From contig NC_134471.1 in the NCBI RefSeq assembly GCF_964194025.1, positions 16,120,001 through 16,184,000 of the forward strand: a stretch of DNA of 64,000 bases, given 5' to 3'. This stretch comes from Convolutriloba macropyga (taxonomy: Eukaryota). This document shows, one piece after another, positions 25,106 to 36,825 of this stretch (within the stretch, counting starts at the first letter, position 1; every line of letters begins with the position of its first letter). Under the pieces are notes generated by a model. That model did not search any database. It worked only from the letters and a program-made list of their open reading frames with translations, and was not told where the DNA came from. The translations under genes and the position numbers were made by a program.

Positions 25106-25379
25106 ACACTGTCTGGAGGGGAACAGCTTGGAGTGCAGCATCCGGCTAAGTGCTACTCATCATCCCTTATGTTCCGAACTACATTCATCGTTGCCGGATG
25201 GTGCACACGGTCCTTATAAGTTTTTTTTATTAATAGAAGAAAAAGAGACGGAAAAAGTTTTTTATTTTAGAACACTTTCATGAAAATATAGCCCTCACAA
25301 GATGAGGTACGAAAGCCGAGAAAGATAATGGCCAGAGCAGCATGGCTCTTGGACAAGGGGTCCGGTGCGACCCAACTCA

Positions 25380-26130
25380 ATGGTTTGGGAAAAATTTGGG
25401 TCACAACTTCCGTTTGTCCAATGGCAATTTTTGTTCCGTTCCGTCTGGGCAAAAGACACATCTTGCTCTATTTGGTCTGGCTAATACTCCCATATCGGTC
25501 TCTTTGGTCACGCCAACACCCACATTTTGGTCTGGCCAAAACCAAACAGACCAAAACGTGGGTGTTCCCGTATACTCGAATACCCATATTCGAGGTTCAA
25601 CCAATGGAGAAGCCGGTCGTCTGCAAAAAGTACGAAAGTATTCTGCATTGATTATTTTTCAAATTAACAGCCCATCGTTGGTAACCCATATCTAACTCTA
25701 GATGATTAGATTAGTTCATCAATCTAAATTCTGAAAATTGCATCGATCTATAAATTGGTAGTTTTTCCACTAAATTTTTTGTTAAAATCTTATAATCAGA
25801 TTTCGATCAAAAAAGTGGAAGGAATTAATCACATTTTTTATTGAAAGTCTAAAGTATTAAGGGGGTCTATCTAGCGGTCTGGCTCAGGTTCTCTTCTCTC
25901 TGGTCAATGGTCTGGACAATGGTTTGGAATATGGTCTGTTCCATCTGGCCGATGGTTGAGACAAAATCTGTTCAGTCTCGCCAATGGAAGCCAAAGTCTT
26001 TTTGGTCTGACTAAGGGTGGCCAGAGTCTGTTCCGCCTTGCCAATACCTATTTTTGGGTATGGTTGGTCTTCAGATTCTGTCTGGTCAGTACCTGCCTTG
26101 GGTTGCGGACCACATCCTGGGCTGAGTTCA
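25380..26130 (+). repeat. Two patches of decayed ~30-bp repeats (TTTGGTCTGGCYAA / TCTGTTC..TCTGGCC)
   Basis: Recurrent GGTCTGG/TCTGTTC motifs at 25380-25560 and 25875-26130. Confidence 0.5.
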
Positions 26131-26410
26131 GTCAAGCCAGTGACCCTACAAAATTGCGAAGGACAAATCTACAAACGTATATTAACAGATATAAAAAGTA
26201 CTACGTGTAAAATGTGGCAACAACAGAAAAATTAAAATACTTTGTCGCCCCTTTCCATAAACTAACAGGATTTTGTTAGATTACATATTCGACATGCGAT
26301 CCGACAATTAGGACCTTATTTTCTTTTCCACACTATGTAACTCCAAAGCCGAAATTAGTTTTAACAATTCCAATGTAACTATACAATATATCAGTTTAAT
26401 TTTTATCAAT

Positions 26411-26962
26411 CCCGCGTCGAGGTTTGGCGGTGAATTATCGTAAGAAATGCGGTGAAAAAAATTTTCACTGCGTATTTCTTGCATCTTTTTGCGGTGCATC
26501 GCGTTGAAATAATTATTTTCACCGCGTTCTCAGCATTTTTACAAGAAAGACTTTTCACTACCAGGGTTCGAACCTCTGCCTTCCTGCTCTCCTTCAACTG
26601 CTTATTGAACTGCGCCAACTGTCACTTTATTAATTGCTTTTTCTAGTGATTTTAAATCAGATTGAGTAAACGTTGTAAAGCAAATCCGCTGAATTTTTGT
26701 AAGAAATGTGGTTAATTTTATCGTTGAAATTTTGTGAAATCCGGTGAATTATTTTTTTTCACCGCTTTCACCGCATTTCCTACAATAATCTGCACAAAAG
26801 CCGATACAGTGAAATTTTATAAGAAACGCGGTGAATTTTTGTAAGAAATGCGGTGAAATGTGGTGAAATATTTATTTTCACCGCAATCACCTCAATTCTT
26901 ACAAAAATTCACCGCATTGACCGCATTTCTTACAAAAATTAACCCAAAAACCTCGACCCGGG
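26411..26962. mobile_element. Non-autonomous TIR element (CCC termini, 2-bp AT TSD, many GCGGTG subterminal repeats; CACTA/EnSpm-like)
   Basis: The left end CCCGCGTCGAGGTTT..GTAAGAAATGCGGT is inverted at the right end as ACCGCATTTCTTAC..AAACCTCGACCCGGG. AT lies on both flanks. More than 10 GCGGTG/CACCGC-type motifs. Confidence 0.8.
26555..26626 (-). promoter_or_regulatory. tRNA-derived Pol III head (A box + B box) inside the TIR element
   Basis: The minus strand reads TGGCGCAGTTCAA ... GGTTCGAACCC at tRNA-like spacing. No intact cloverleaf. Confidence 0.55.
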
Positions 26963-27049
26963 ATGTATCATTTTTAATTTCGCCATTCACTCCATCCCAT
27001 TGCAACAGCTTATAGTTTTTGAAAAGGCGCTATTTTAGTGTTGTCAATT

Positions 27050-29635
27050 AATCCGACTTTGCAGACACTTTGAAAGAAACTGAAATTTTATATTTGTACC
27101 CCTAAACGCTCTCGGTGTCTAAATGTTACGTACTTGCATAATTTTTAGATGATAACAATTTATCTCGTGAGAAATTTCATATCGAACAGAATGAACTATA
27201 CCTTTCAAATTCTATTGCAGAGTTTTCGAAAACAAAGCATCAAGACCTGTCCTTAAGATCTAGGCTGAAATGGAATTCGAAAGCTAAGCAAAATTATTAG
27301 AATAGTATATTTTCTAAAAAAAAAGACAAGATTCTGCAATAATCGGCTGTTTTAATTCTGTTTGTTTATCAATATGACTCTACTACTTCCTCGCAATTTT
27401 GATGGAACAAATTTGGCTATTTGAGCCCCACTTTAATGGAACCTACTATTTGGATCTCTCCTGTTAACGCAACAGATTAACTTCTCCGATTGTTATGATG
27501 CTACAACAAAAGTTTTAAAGAAAAGTCATGTTGATGAGAAATGTTTTAAAAAAAGAATTATGAATTGGCTTTTGAACAATTTAAGGAAACTGTCACAGGA
27601 AAAAAAACTATGTACCGCTGAAAAAGAATAAAAAACTTTTGAACTTTTGCACTAGAAAAGTTAGATAGACAGGAAAAGAATGGTTTCAACATAGTTTTAT
27701 AGAAAAACCCGAATCAAAAAACTAAAAAAGTTAAATAAAGTCAGGAATTTAATACAGATAAAGATTTTTAAAAAATGTTTAAAAGTTCTGTCAAAATACT
27801 TTAACATCGAATGCTTGAAAAAAACTTCAATTCTCTTAGAAATTTGAAAATTGAAATTGAAAAAGAACAAAAAAGATTATCTACTCAAGCGACAAAAATT
27901 TATAATAGATTGTATACTACAAATGGTTAAAGACTGGCTGACAAAATAGACACCATTGGGGGGAAACCTAGTTATGAAACGAAACTTGAAGAGCAGGTTT
28001 TTGAAGGAAACTAATGAATAAGAAATTTAACTACAAAATTGACACTTTGAAAAACAAGTACAGCACTGACTATGATGGACTTAACATTTGCCTACTTAAG
28101 AAAATGAAAACGCCATAGTTTCAACACTTGTTTTTCTAGTTAAGAAATGTTTTGAACGATGAGTTTTCCCGATGTGCTCAAAGAGTGCTATTGTCATGCC
28201 TAGTTGCAATGGCGGATGTCTTGATGATGTGGCAAAATTACACACCTTTTAGTCTATTTCCAACAAAAGCTAAAGTTCTAGAAAATTTAATCCCCAAGGG
28301 CAAGATTTGTAAATAATATGACCTAGTCAAAGAACGTTCACTTTGGGTTTCGGCAAAGCGCTGGAGCTCTTGAGGAAATTGTAGCTCTTTTTAAAATATT
28401 AGAGAGGGTTAGGAAAACAATAGCAAAGAGACAGCACCAGTGTTCATTGACAGCAAAAAAAAGCATTTGACACTGTCATACACAGCATTTTACTACAGAA
28501 ACTGGAATTTGTAGGAATGAGAGATGGTATGCAAGAGCTTTAAGAATCTTAATTTACAGACAGGGAGCAATGCGTAAAGTCTGGCGTTCTCAGTACCAGT
28601 CTTATAAACGTAGAGTACAGTGTGTTACAAGGGTCAGTTCAGCGCCCACTTCTTTTCTTATGTTTATAAATTATATATACCAGACTTCTGTGTTCACACA
28701 TTGGCAACTTTGTATGCCATTGATAACGTTCTGAAATGGAATGCAGAAAAAAAATTGATGACCGGAATACTTTTCCTTGCTGAATTGAATAAACACTTTG
28801 TCAATAAACTGACCTGCGATAAAACACAATTCCTAAACTTGAAGGCTATTGGACAAAACTCTGAGTGTGAATTATCCATCAACGACTGTATAACGACACA
28901 AGAAAAAATGCATAAAAATCATTGAGTTTAAACAGATGAAAAACTTGATCATGATAATCGTGTAAATGTCCTATGCGAGAAACTGTCAAACTCTCACGGA
29001 CTCTTTGATGAACTAACAACTTCCCAACTACTAACAACTAATAAACCCATATTTATGTGCATGTAACACGGAGTCTGAGCATCTGGTACATGCAGCAAAA
29101 AAATATTTAAAATCTCTACGGCCAAAAATAAAACCAATAAACAGGTTAATCTTCAGTAGAGAAATCAGAGTCCAACGCAGTGCTAGGAGAAGAACAAAAG
29201 ATCTGCTTTGTAAAAATTTCACATATTTTTTAGCTATTCAAAATGCTAATTGAAATACTACAAAAAAATGTGAAACCAGTGCATTGATGGCCTTATAACT
29301 CTAGAGGAAGTTGAAACTTTTCAGTCAAACAGAACTAGAGCGCGGCAACTGTCTAACCTGGCCCTATTAAAAAAACGAAAAATTTATGCAAAACGAGGTA
29401 AATTTTTTCTAGAATAGTTTTTAGAGAACACTTTTCTCAATTACGAAGATTTATCCACTCTTTTAATAATTGACCCTTTTTAATTTTTTTCCGACGCTCA
29501 AATTCTCCCATAATTTTTAATGCTGCTACTTGGCATCATTTGACTAGGACCGTAAGGTCCTTTTGATGACCAGTCAACTGGGTTGTGTTTTGCTGTAGCT
29601 TGGTTATTTACGGTAATGCCCATAGCCTACTTAAA
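27050..29635 (+). mobile_element. Decayed non-LTR retrotransposon (CR1/L2-group ORF2: endonuclease remnant + RT)
   Basis: Broken frames give, in order, (G)YDGL, FPDVLK, NYxPxSLxP..KVLE, FGFRQ, VFID..KAFDTV, VLQGS..PLLF and LYA-D. Many stops and frameshifts; structured 3' end at about 29532-29576. Confidence 0.85.
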
Positions 29636-31599
29636 AAAATATTTTTTTACAATTGAAAATAGGGTTTTTAAAATGTGTAACGTGGGGATCAAACATGTGC
29701 AGCCAAACGAATTGAAACATAAGATGACAAATTCCCAGCAGATGCAAGAAAGATAACCAGAGCTTTAACATCCCCTCCCCAAATGGTTTACAGTGTACTA
29801 AATTGCGTTCCATAATATGAAGATTCAAAAAGTTCAGGTTGCATCAGAAACGGAGAATGGGAGTCGATAGTTTTACCATAGTTGGTACTAATCTAAGCCG
29901 CATGTTTTGCTTCAAAAGTAATTATTTTTCAGCCTAGCGGCTCCAAAACTTATCGAACAAGCAAAACAAACTAAAACAAACGGAAAGGAAAATTGCTCGG
30001 TGCAAGCATTTTGAGGACTGAAATTACACAGATTCTGGAATCTAGTAGACTGACTTCGTCCTCAAATCAATATTGTGGGATTGCTCGACAAACGAGTGTA
30101 CCGGGAAAATTCCATAAAATACAAAATTCTCGGGCATAATACTGGCCAAAATTTTTGTTTTCTTTTTTTTGAAGGACACTTTCATTAAATTGTGATAAAT
30201 TGAGGCTGCGAGAGGTACTGGCCTGCTAATGTAGTGGAGGTGCTAAAATGGGGAGCTGTCGATATGCTTACAATTTTTTAATAAATTTTGATATATTGTT
30301 CGATTCCTTACATTTTAAGTTTACTTTAGACAGAACAGTTCAGCATATAAGGACAAAATTGTTAGGAGGCAAAGTGCAGTGTTAGTGACAATCAAGAAGT
30401 GTCGGGGCAAACTATGCATTGTCAAAGCACCCAATGTATAAAAACCACGCTTTAACAGATTGTTGTACATTATAGTTTTCTGGTGCCGTTTTCGAACGCC
30501 AAGTTTGCCGTAATAACTATTGAAGTGGATTTTCTAAGAGAATTCGCAATGCCAATTTGTTACTCGAGATAGGCAAGGTGAATGCACAAACAAATTATAC
30601 CTGACTCAATAGCGTGCGTCTTCAATATCAATGTTTTGCGGAGGGCTGATTCGCTGCGCGAATTCTGGGTTTCGGAGGTGAACCAATTCCAGTGTTGGAT
30701 GTCAGGAGTTACTGATTCGAGTTGCTTCGAGACACTCAGGTGTTTCTCTTATAGATTGAACAATGCTGATGGGAGGCTGGTGTGTCTCTATATCGCCAGA
30801 TCATTTCTTTTTTTCTCGGTGTGAGAGAATCTTCTGGACAGGAATTCGTCCATTCATCAGACGAGTCGTCTTTGTAAAAGCTGTAGAATTACGGGCTAGG
30901 ACTATTGCGTTTGTTATTTCTCGTTTGAATTTCTTGGAGGCGCGTCTTGTGGGTGTTAGATCAACTTTTTGGATCTTTTTCATTTGTGCTCCTGCCCACC
31001 AAAATGTTATGCAACCCCCCGTTACACAGCACTGGGTCGGGGTTTGCGAATAGTTTGCTCCCACTAAGATTGGGAACGGAAAAGCCCTCAAATTTTCTTT
31101 TTCATATACTTTCTTTTATGTTCCTAATAATTTTGTGTTACAGTTTCTACATTTGACTACATGGTTAATCTTTGAGAGAATGCTCCTAGATTCATACAAA
31201 AAAATTATTGCAACAGAAGAAAACGGACAGACCTGAAAATTACACAGAAAATGGGGTATGGTACACGCAAAATGGACAGAACTGTGAGCACCAACAACCA
31301 AACATAAAAACACAGCCTTTAAGTTTACGGCAAAAGTGCATTTAAACAACATGCTAGGCTATATGAGCCGCGTCAAAGGTTTATAATAAAGCACTTCGTT
31401 GAATTCGGTGGATGTAGACAATGTCAAGTTAATATATTTTGCAAATCATTTATTGGACTGTGAGTCAAATATAAGTAAAAAAAAAACATTGAATTCCCAT
31501 TAAGTTATTAACTGCAAACAACTAAATGGCAGTGTAGGTCAGATCATACATAAACTAATTTTATTACGGTTTAAATTGAGACAGTGGTACTATGAAACC

Positions 31600-33830
31600 T
31601 AAAACTTTTCCATGATGCCTTGCCGTACGATGCATTATTCGAGTTTTGTTTAAATAAATGAAAGAAAAACATTTTAAGATGCTTCTTTAGAACTAGTGGT
31701 CTTGCATCCCTTTCAATTATGTTTTTAAAAAAACTCACGTTCATAAATTTATTATGAAGGGTTTGCCGATATTCAGGATAGAGTTTTCTAGTGCAGATGA
31801 GTTTATTTTGTGATTGAAGCAGTACTCTCTGGTTCGCTCGCTGGCTGTAACGTAGATTTGATGTTTGTGAGTGTAGTTTTTCGAAAATCGGAAGCTGGTT
31901 ACTGGTTAATTTCATAAAATAATTTAATACTTTGTATTCCAAGAAAAATTTTATTGGCAGAATTTGATGTTTTAGTTTTAGATCCGAAAAACTGCCGTAT
32001 TTTTTGCGATTGAAGCACGTCTTTACAGCCCAGCTTTATTGTTTCTCCAAAGCAATAAAACAATTGTTTTTAGCTGGCCAGTAAAAGGCCCGAGTAGTGT
32101 AAACGACTCATCACTAAGGCGTTCAGGAGTAGTATTCTTGTCTGCTCAGGGAACGGGCGTGAAATACGTTCTAATGTTTTATCTCTGTAGCCATTTTGCG
32201 TAATACGTGTTTTAATTCTTCTTGAAAATTTAATGTGCAGTCAAGATATATTCCGAGGTATTTTACGCAATTGACGTTTGGTTTTTTTGTAATTACCATT
32301 AAACAGATTGTTTCTTTTGGTTTCTTCTAGATTTGATTTTTTTTCAGAATGTACTAAATTCAGTTTTTGAGTGATTGAGCATTAGGCGGTGTTTTTTGTA
32401 ATATTCAGATATATTTTTTAAGGATTGTTCAAGATTATATGTTGCTAATTTACGGTCCGTATTGTATGTAAGAATGATAGTATCATCGATGTATTGAATT
32501 TTTTTTTTGTATTAGCAGGTTTTTGTTTGTTCAAGTCATTAATGTACAGATTAAAAGGAAGCGGACCCAATATTGTTCCCTGTGGGACACCTTGATAAAA
32601 CCCAATCCAATCGGATTCAACATGATTCACTATGGTTTTTTTGTAGCCTGTGTGATAGATAACTTTCTATTAGTTTTAGAGCATTTTCGGAAAATCCTAA
32701 TTCATGCAGTTTATGAAGAAGGATCTTGTGATTTATAGAATCGAAAGCTTTAGACAGATCTGGTAGAGCTTCAGTGATAAAATTATTTTTGTTTTCATGG
32801 TACCTTATAGGTTCAGTACAGTAAACGAGTGCGTCAATCGTTGAGACTTTGTTACGAAAAGCAAATTGAGTATTGGAAAGCAACTCAAACTTTTCAAGAT
32901 ATTCTAAAACAACAGCCTTTTTAGGATCATCAGGAAATTTCCCTTCAGCTAAAAATTGGTTAAAAAAATTTAATTGGATCAGCTAAAATGAAAAACTCAT
33001 CTTTAAGAGCCCATGATGCAATATCTGAAGGACCTGATGGTTTGTTCGAGTTTAGATTTTTTAGAATCAGTACGACTTCTTTTGTGGTTACGAATCTAAC
33101 ATCAAAACTGTTTTTAGATGTCCTATGACTGGTGGGAAAAAAGTTGCAAGTGTTTCCAATGTAATAACCTAATTTAGAAAATTTATAGTTGAGCAGTTGG
33201 GCAGTTTTGTAGTTATCAGTAATAACATCATCAAAACAGTTTTTGAGGTAGAAGATATTTTGGGAGAACTTAGTAGAGTTTCTTGAGTCGTTTATAATAT
33301 TCCATTTTGTTTTTTCCGAATCTGCTTTTTTTAAAGATGCTCTTTATGAAATCATTGCTCTCTAGTTTAATTTTGGATTTTTCAGTCCGTATGAAGACCA
33401 TTTTAGAGGGGCGTGATAGCGGATCACTTTAGTCAAAGTTTTCTTAAATAAACGATACATGTCTTCAGCGTCAGATGCCGTGTAAAGAACATCACAATGT
33501 CTTTCAGGTCTTGTAGGTATAACTTTTTACAATATTTTGATTTGTCGAAGAATATTTTTCTTCTTTGAGGCTGCCTTTTATTTATAGTTACAATCGTTAC
33601 CATTGCAATAGCTTTGTGATCCGATGTAATGGGCGATTCAAAAGTAAAAACATTGGAATGAGGCAGCTCATCATCTTTGATTACAAAATCAATCAGATTT
33701 TTCCCCTTGTAGGTGTTTTGCTGACCACTGATAGACCAGAAGGTACAAGAATTGTGTCCATTTTGTTTCTATCGTTGGGGTTAAGGTAATTTATATTGAA
33801 ATCGCTAAGTAAAAGAGACGATGTACGAAA
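31600..33830 (-). mobile_element. Decayed non-LTR retrotransposon (CR1/L2-group ORF2)
   Basis: Minus-strand QFAFRNKVSTIDAL, DLSKAFDSINH and GVPQGTILGPL, upstream KPSGPSDI, and endonuclease-like LSDFNINYL at about 33810. Disrupted. Confidence 0.88.
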
Positions 33831-34412
33831 ACAATCGTTATTTTAAATCAAGTTAATTTTATTTGACAGTTCGTTTTTCTCTGCAGCCGAAAAATAATAC
33901 CTGAAATAAGGTGTCAAGATTTGTTACTAATTGTTTTATAGTGAGCTTGGCAGACGGCCCTAGGCCTCCCAAGCGAAAAACATGAGTGGAACTAAACTAT
34001 TTTTTTTCGCTCGCGTTCTCAAAATGGGTTGTTTTCACGTCGAAGGATCTGCTTAATCCATACCCCAATCCATTTGCTTTAATGTCAAGTCGATAGTTGT
34101 CATCAGTGTTAGGACACCGCACGTCGTGTTGCGATTATATTGTTTTATAAGATTTAGGTTATTTGTCAATTAGTTCGACAGAATTTAGATAGCATTTTTG
34201 CTGTGAATATTTGTTTCTGGCGAGAGCGTTGATCGCTTGTAACCACGTAGTATTTTTCAATTGGAAGCATTGGGTTCAGGCAGCTATCATGGCATCCCTG
34301 GTTTGACAGTCTCCCGTTTTAGGAGAGGGGAATTCTTTTGATGCACCTTTTTACTTAAAAGATTCCTAGGTATTGTTTTTTAACTTTCTATGAAATGATT
34401 CTAAGATTAAGT

Positions 34413-35168
34413 ATGGGCTTTCTCGAAGATTGCGAGAAGTGCTTCAACACACCGGTTCTCTACGATATATTGGGTGTCGAAACAAATGTGAGTTCAAGTG
34501 ACTTGAAGAAAGCGTTTTACAAGAAATCGCTGGAGTTTCACCCTGACAGGAAAAAGGGTGCGCCTGATGAAGAAGAAAGTACCCTCAAGTTTCAAACACT
34601 AAACAAGGTGTACAAATTTCTTTCAGATGAGGAGAAGCGAAAAGTATATGATGAAACAGGGGAAGTTGAAGACACCGATGCTGCGTTATTCGAGAACGAT
34701 GACTTAGACTTTATGGTTTTCTGGCGGAACCTGTTTCCGAAGGTGACGAAAAAGGACATCATGGATTTTAAAGCGAAGTTCAAGCATTCTGAAGAGGAGA
34801 AGGAGGATTTGAAGAAATTTTATCTGAAGTTCGAAGGAAACATGGATAGAATTTTCGAATGTCTGATGTTTGCTGAAATCGCCGATGAAGAGCGGTACCA
34901 CAAAATTATAAATGAGATGATTGAATCAAAAAAGGTACCCGCATTCAAAGCGTTCACGAATGAGCCGAAAAAGAAAAAGGATGCTCGAAAGCGCAAATAC
35001 GAACGCGAAGCTAAGGAAGCCGCCAAATTTACCGAAAATGGGGGTCTGGAAGATTTGACGGCGGCTATTTTGGGTCGTAAAGATAGAGAAAAGACTCACA
35101 ATGATTTTTTGGCAAATTTAGAGGCAAAGTATGCTTCGGCCGGCAAGAAAAAGCCCAAAAAGAAGTGA
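34413..35168 (+). CDS. DNAJC9: DnaJ homolog subfamily C member 9 (J-domain histone H3-H4 co-chaperone), intronless CDS, 251 aa
   Basis: MGFLEDCEKCFNTPVLYDILGV matches the DNAJC9 N-terminus ([22 protein letters not shown]). HPD motif, SDEEKRKVYDETG, FWRNLFPKVT, SEEEKEDLKKFY..FEGNMD and C-terminal FLANLEAKY are present. The ATG at 34413 is preferred to 34395 by homology. Confidence 0.95.
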   Translation: MGFLEDCEKCFNTPVLYDILGVETNVSSSDLKKAFYKKSLEFHPDRKKGAPDEEESTLKFQTLNKVYKFLSDEEKRKVYDETGEVEDTDAALFENDDLDFMVFWRNLFPKVTKKDIMDFKAKFKHSEEEKEDLKKFYLKFEGNMDRIFECLMFAEIADEERYHKIINEMIESKKVPAFKAFTNEPKKKKDARKRKYEREAKEAAKFTENGGLEDLTAAILGRKDREKTHNDFLANLEAKYASAGKKKPKKK

Positions 35169-35857
35169 TATTCTAAAACTACTGAATATGAACTGGTGTT
35201 TTGAGTACTGTTTTTTGATTGAGTGTCCTAGTTTGCTGTTTTTATTGGATGCAATTACTTACAATTCAATTCGGATTCTTTATATTTTGTTTTCTCTTCC
35301 TACTGATTCTGTTAATCGGGTCTCCTATGCGGCATTCTATAGCCTGTCCCATAGAGTTGAGGTAAAAAAAATTGTTTCAAAAATTAGTGGACATTGTTCA
35401 AAAGTCAGTTGAAATTTAAAAAGATGTAGAGCTAAAGGGAAAAAACGTTGACGTTCGGTTGACTACATTGATGCCCAATTGCATGCTATCGCGTTTTTCA
35501 AACTATTTCAACTTATTAGAAAGACTATAGTCTGTTCCATGAAGTTGCTACGCTAGCTAACGTTTCAAATTTCACATTTAAAACATGCAGATATTAACCA
35601 TTTAATGTTCACATTTGCATGTCTGGAGTCTTTCGAACGTTCATTAGCGTTTTAATTTTATGGGACTATTAATATCTCCGTTATGGTAAGGCATCAAGCA
35701 TTTCTTGGGCATCCATGCAAATCAATGCATTTATAGCTGTGTCGAACCTCTGATGTAGCGATAGATGGAAACGTGCAAGTGCGTGATTTTCAAGAATATG
35801 TTTAGTATCGATATGTTCAGGTACAAAATAGCCTGTACGAACTTTCAGAGTTGCGAT

Positions 35858-36060
35858 ATGGAGTTTCTCAAACAGGCGTTCAAAATCTCCTTCAGTGAGG
35901 TTACAGTAACTCCCAGTCCCAAAGACATGCCCTTCTTTGACCCAAACTACGGCTTCTCAGAGCCCAGGCCAACATTGCAGCCCACAATGACCGCTAAACA
36001 GATGCAAGATGCCGAAATTCCGTCGCACAACAGAGATATTTGTGCTCTTGACTATTTCAG
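35858..36060 (+). CDS. NDUFB7: NADH:ubiquinone oxidoreductase subunit B7 (B18), coding exon 1
   Basis: MPFFDPNYGFSEPR..MTAKQMQDAEIPSHNRDICA resembles NDUFB7 'MPTFxPxYGFxER..ATQQEMMDAxL...RDYCA'. Donor TTCAG|gttatt, phase 2. Confidence 0.93.
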
Positions 36061-36825
36061 GTTATTAACGAAGATTTAGCTGGATTAAGCGAACACTTGA
36101 ATTGTTGTATTTATTAGACTTTAATCTGAGTTTTTTTTTACCATCGACACATGTTAACAGCTAAGAACACAGTACGGGACTTATGTTGTTTAGAAGACGA
36201 ACCACCTAACTAAACCTTTTGGAATTGTAAGATCTGGGCACTATTGTTTTCCCATGATTGGCTGCCTATTCAGAATCTTACACCTACTTTGAAACAATAG
36301 AAGAATATCGGTTTCCTGGGCGTATTGCAAATTGATTAGAAGAGGAGTATGCTGGTTCTGCTTTTCGTGGAGCTTAAACTTATTGTTTTCTACCCTTTTT
36401 TCCCAAAGTGTGTGATTTGTATGTATGTAAGGCATCTCAGACCAACCAAGTTGATACCATGTTAAGGCTCTGTGAGACGAATTCAAACATCAAAAAAGTG
36501 TTCTCTATTTCAAAAAGTTACTGATACCTGCATTTTATCTAATCGGGCAATTTTACTACCATTTCGCTCATTTTTTGGTTGAGTTTCCAAATGCTGAGAA
36601 TGAATTATTTTAATGCGGTCAAAATCACATTTCCCGCAAAGTAGCACGCAGCTCTGAAGACATCTGAACTCGAAACTAAAAATTAAAGGCAAAATTGCCT
36701 TTTATTAACAAATAGCAATAATAGTTTTTGAATTTCAACTGCATCTGAAATATTTTAAATTACTTATGAAATAATTTTTTCTGGCAAAATTACATGGCTG
36801 AATAGTGTTACTCAAAATTGAATAA

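Noticed and set aside
24858-25283. ORFs spanning the N run
   Set aside because: Created by translating the gap.
29541-29568. Hammerhead ribozyme (stem II-like GGACC-GTAA-GGTCC)
   Set aside because: The core CTGANGA and GAAA are absent (TTGACTA / TTTT) on both strands.
35765-35857. METCKC.. extension of the NDUFB7 ORF
   Set aside because: No resemblance to NDUFB7, and it contains a strong acceptor TTTCAG just before the homologous start.
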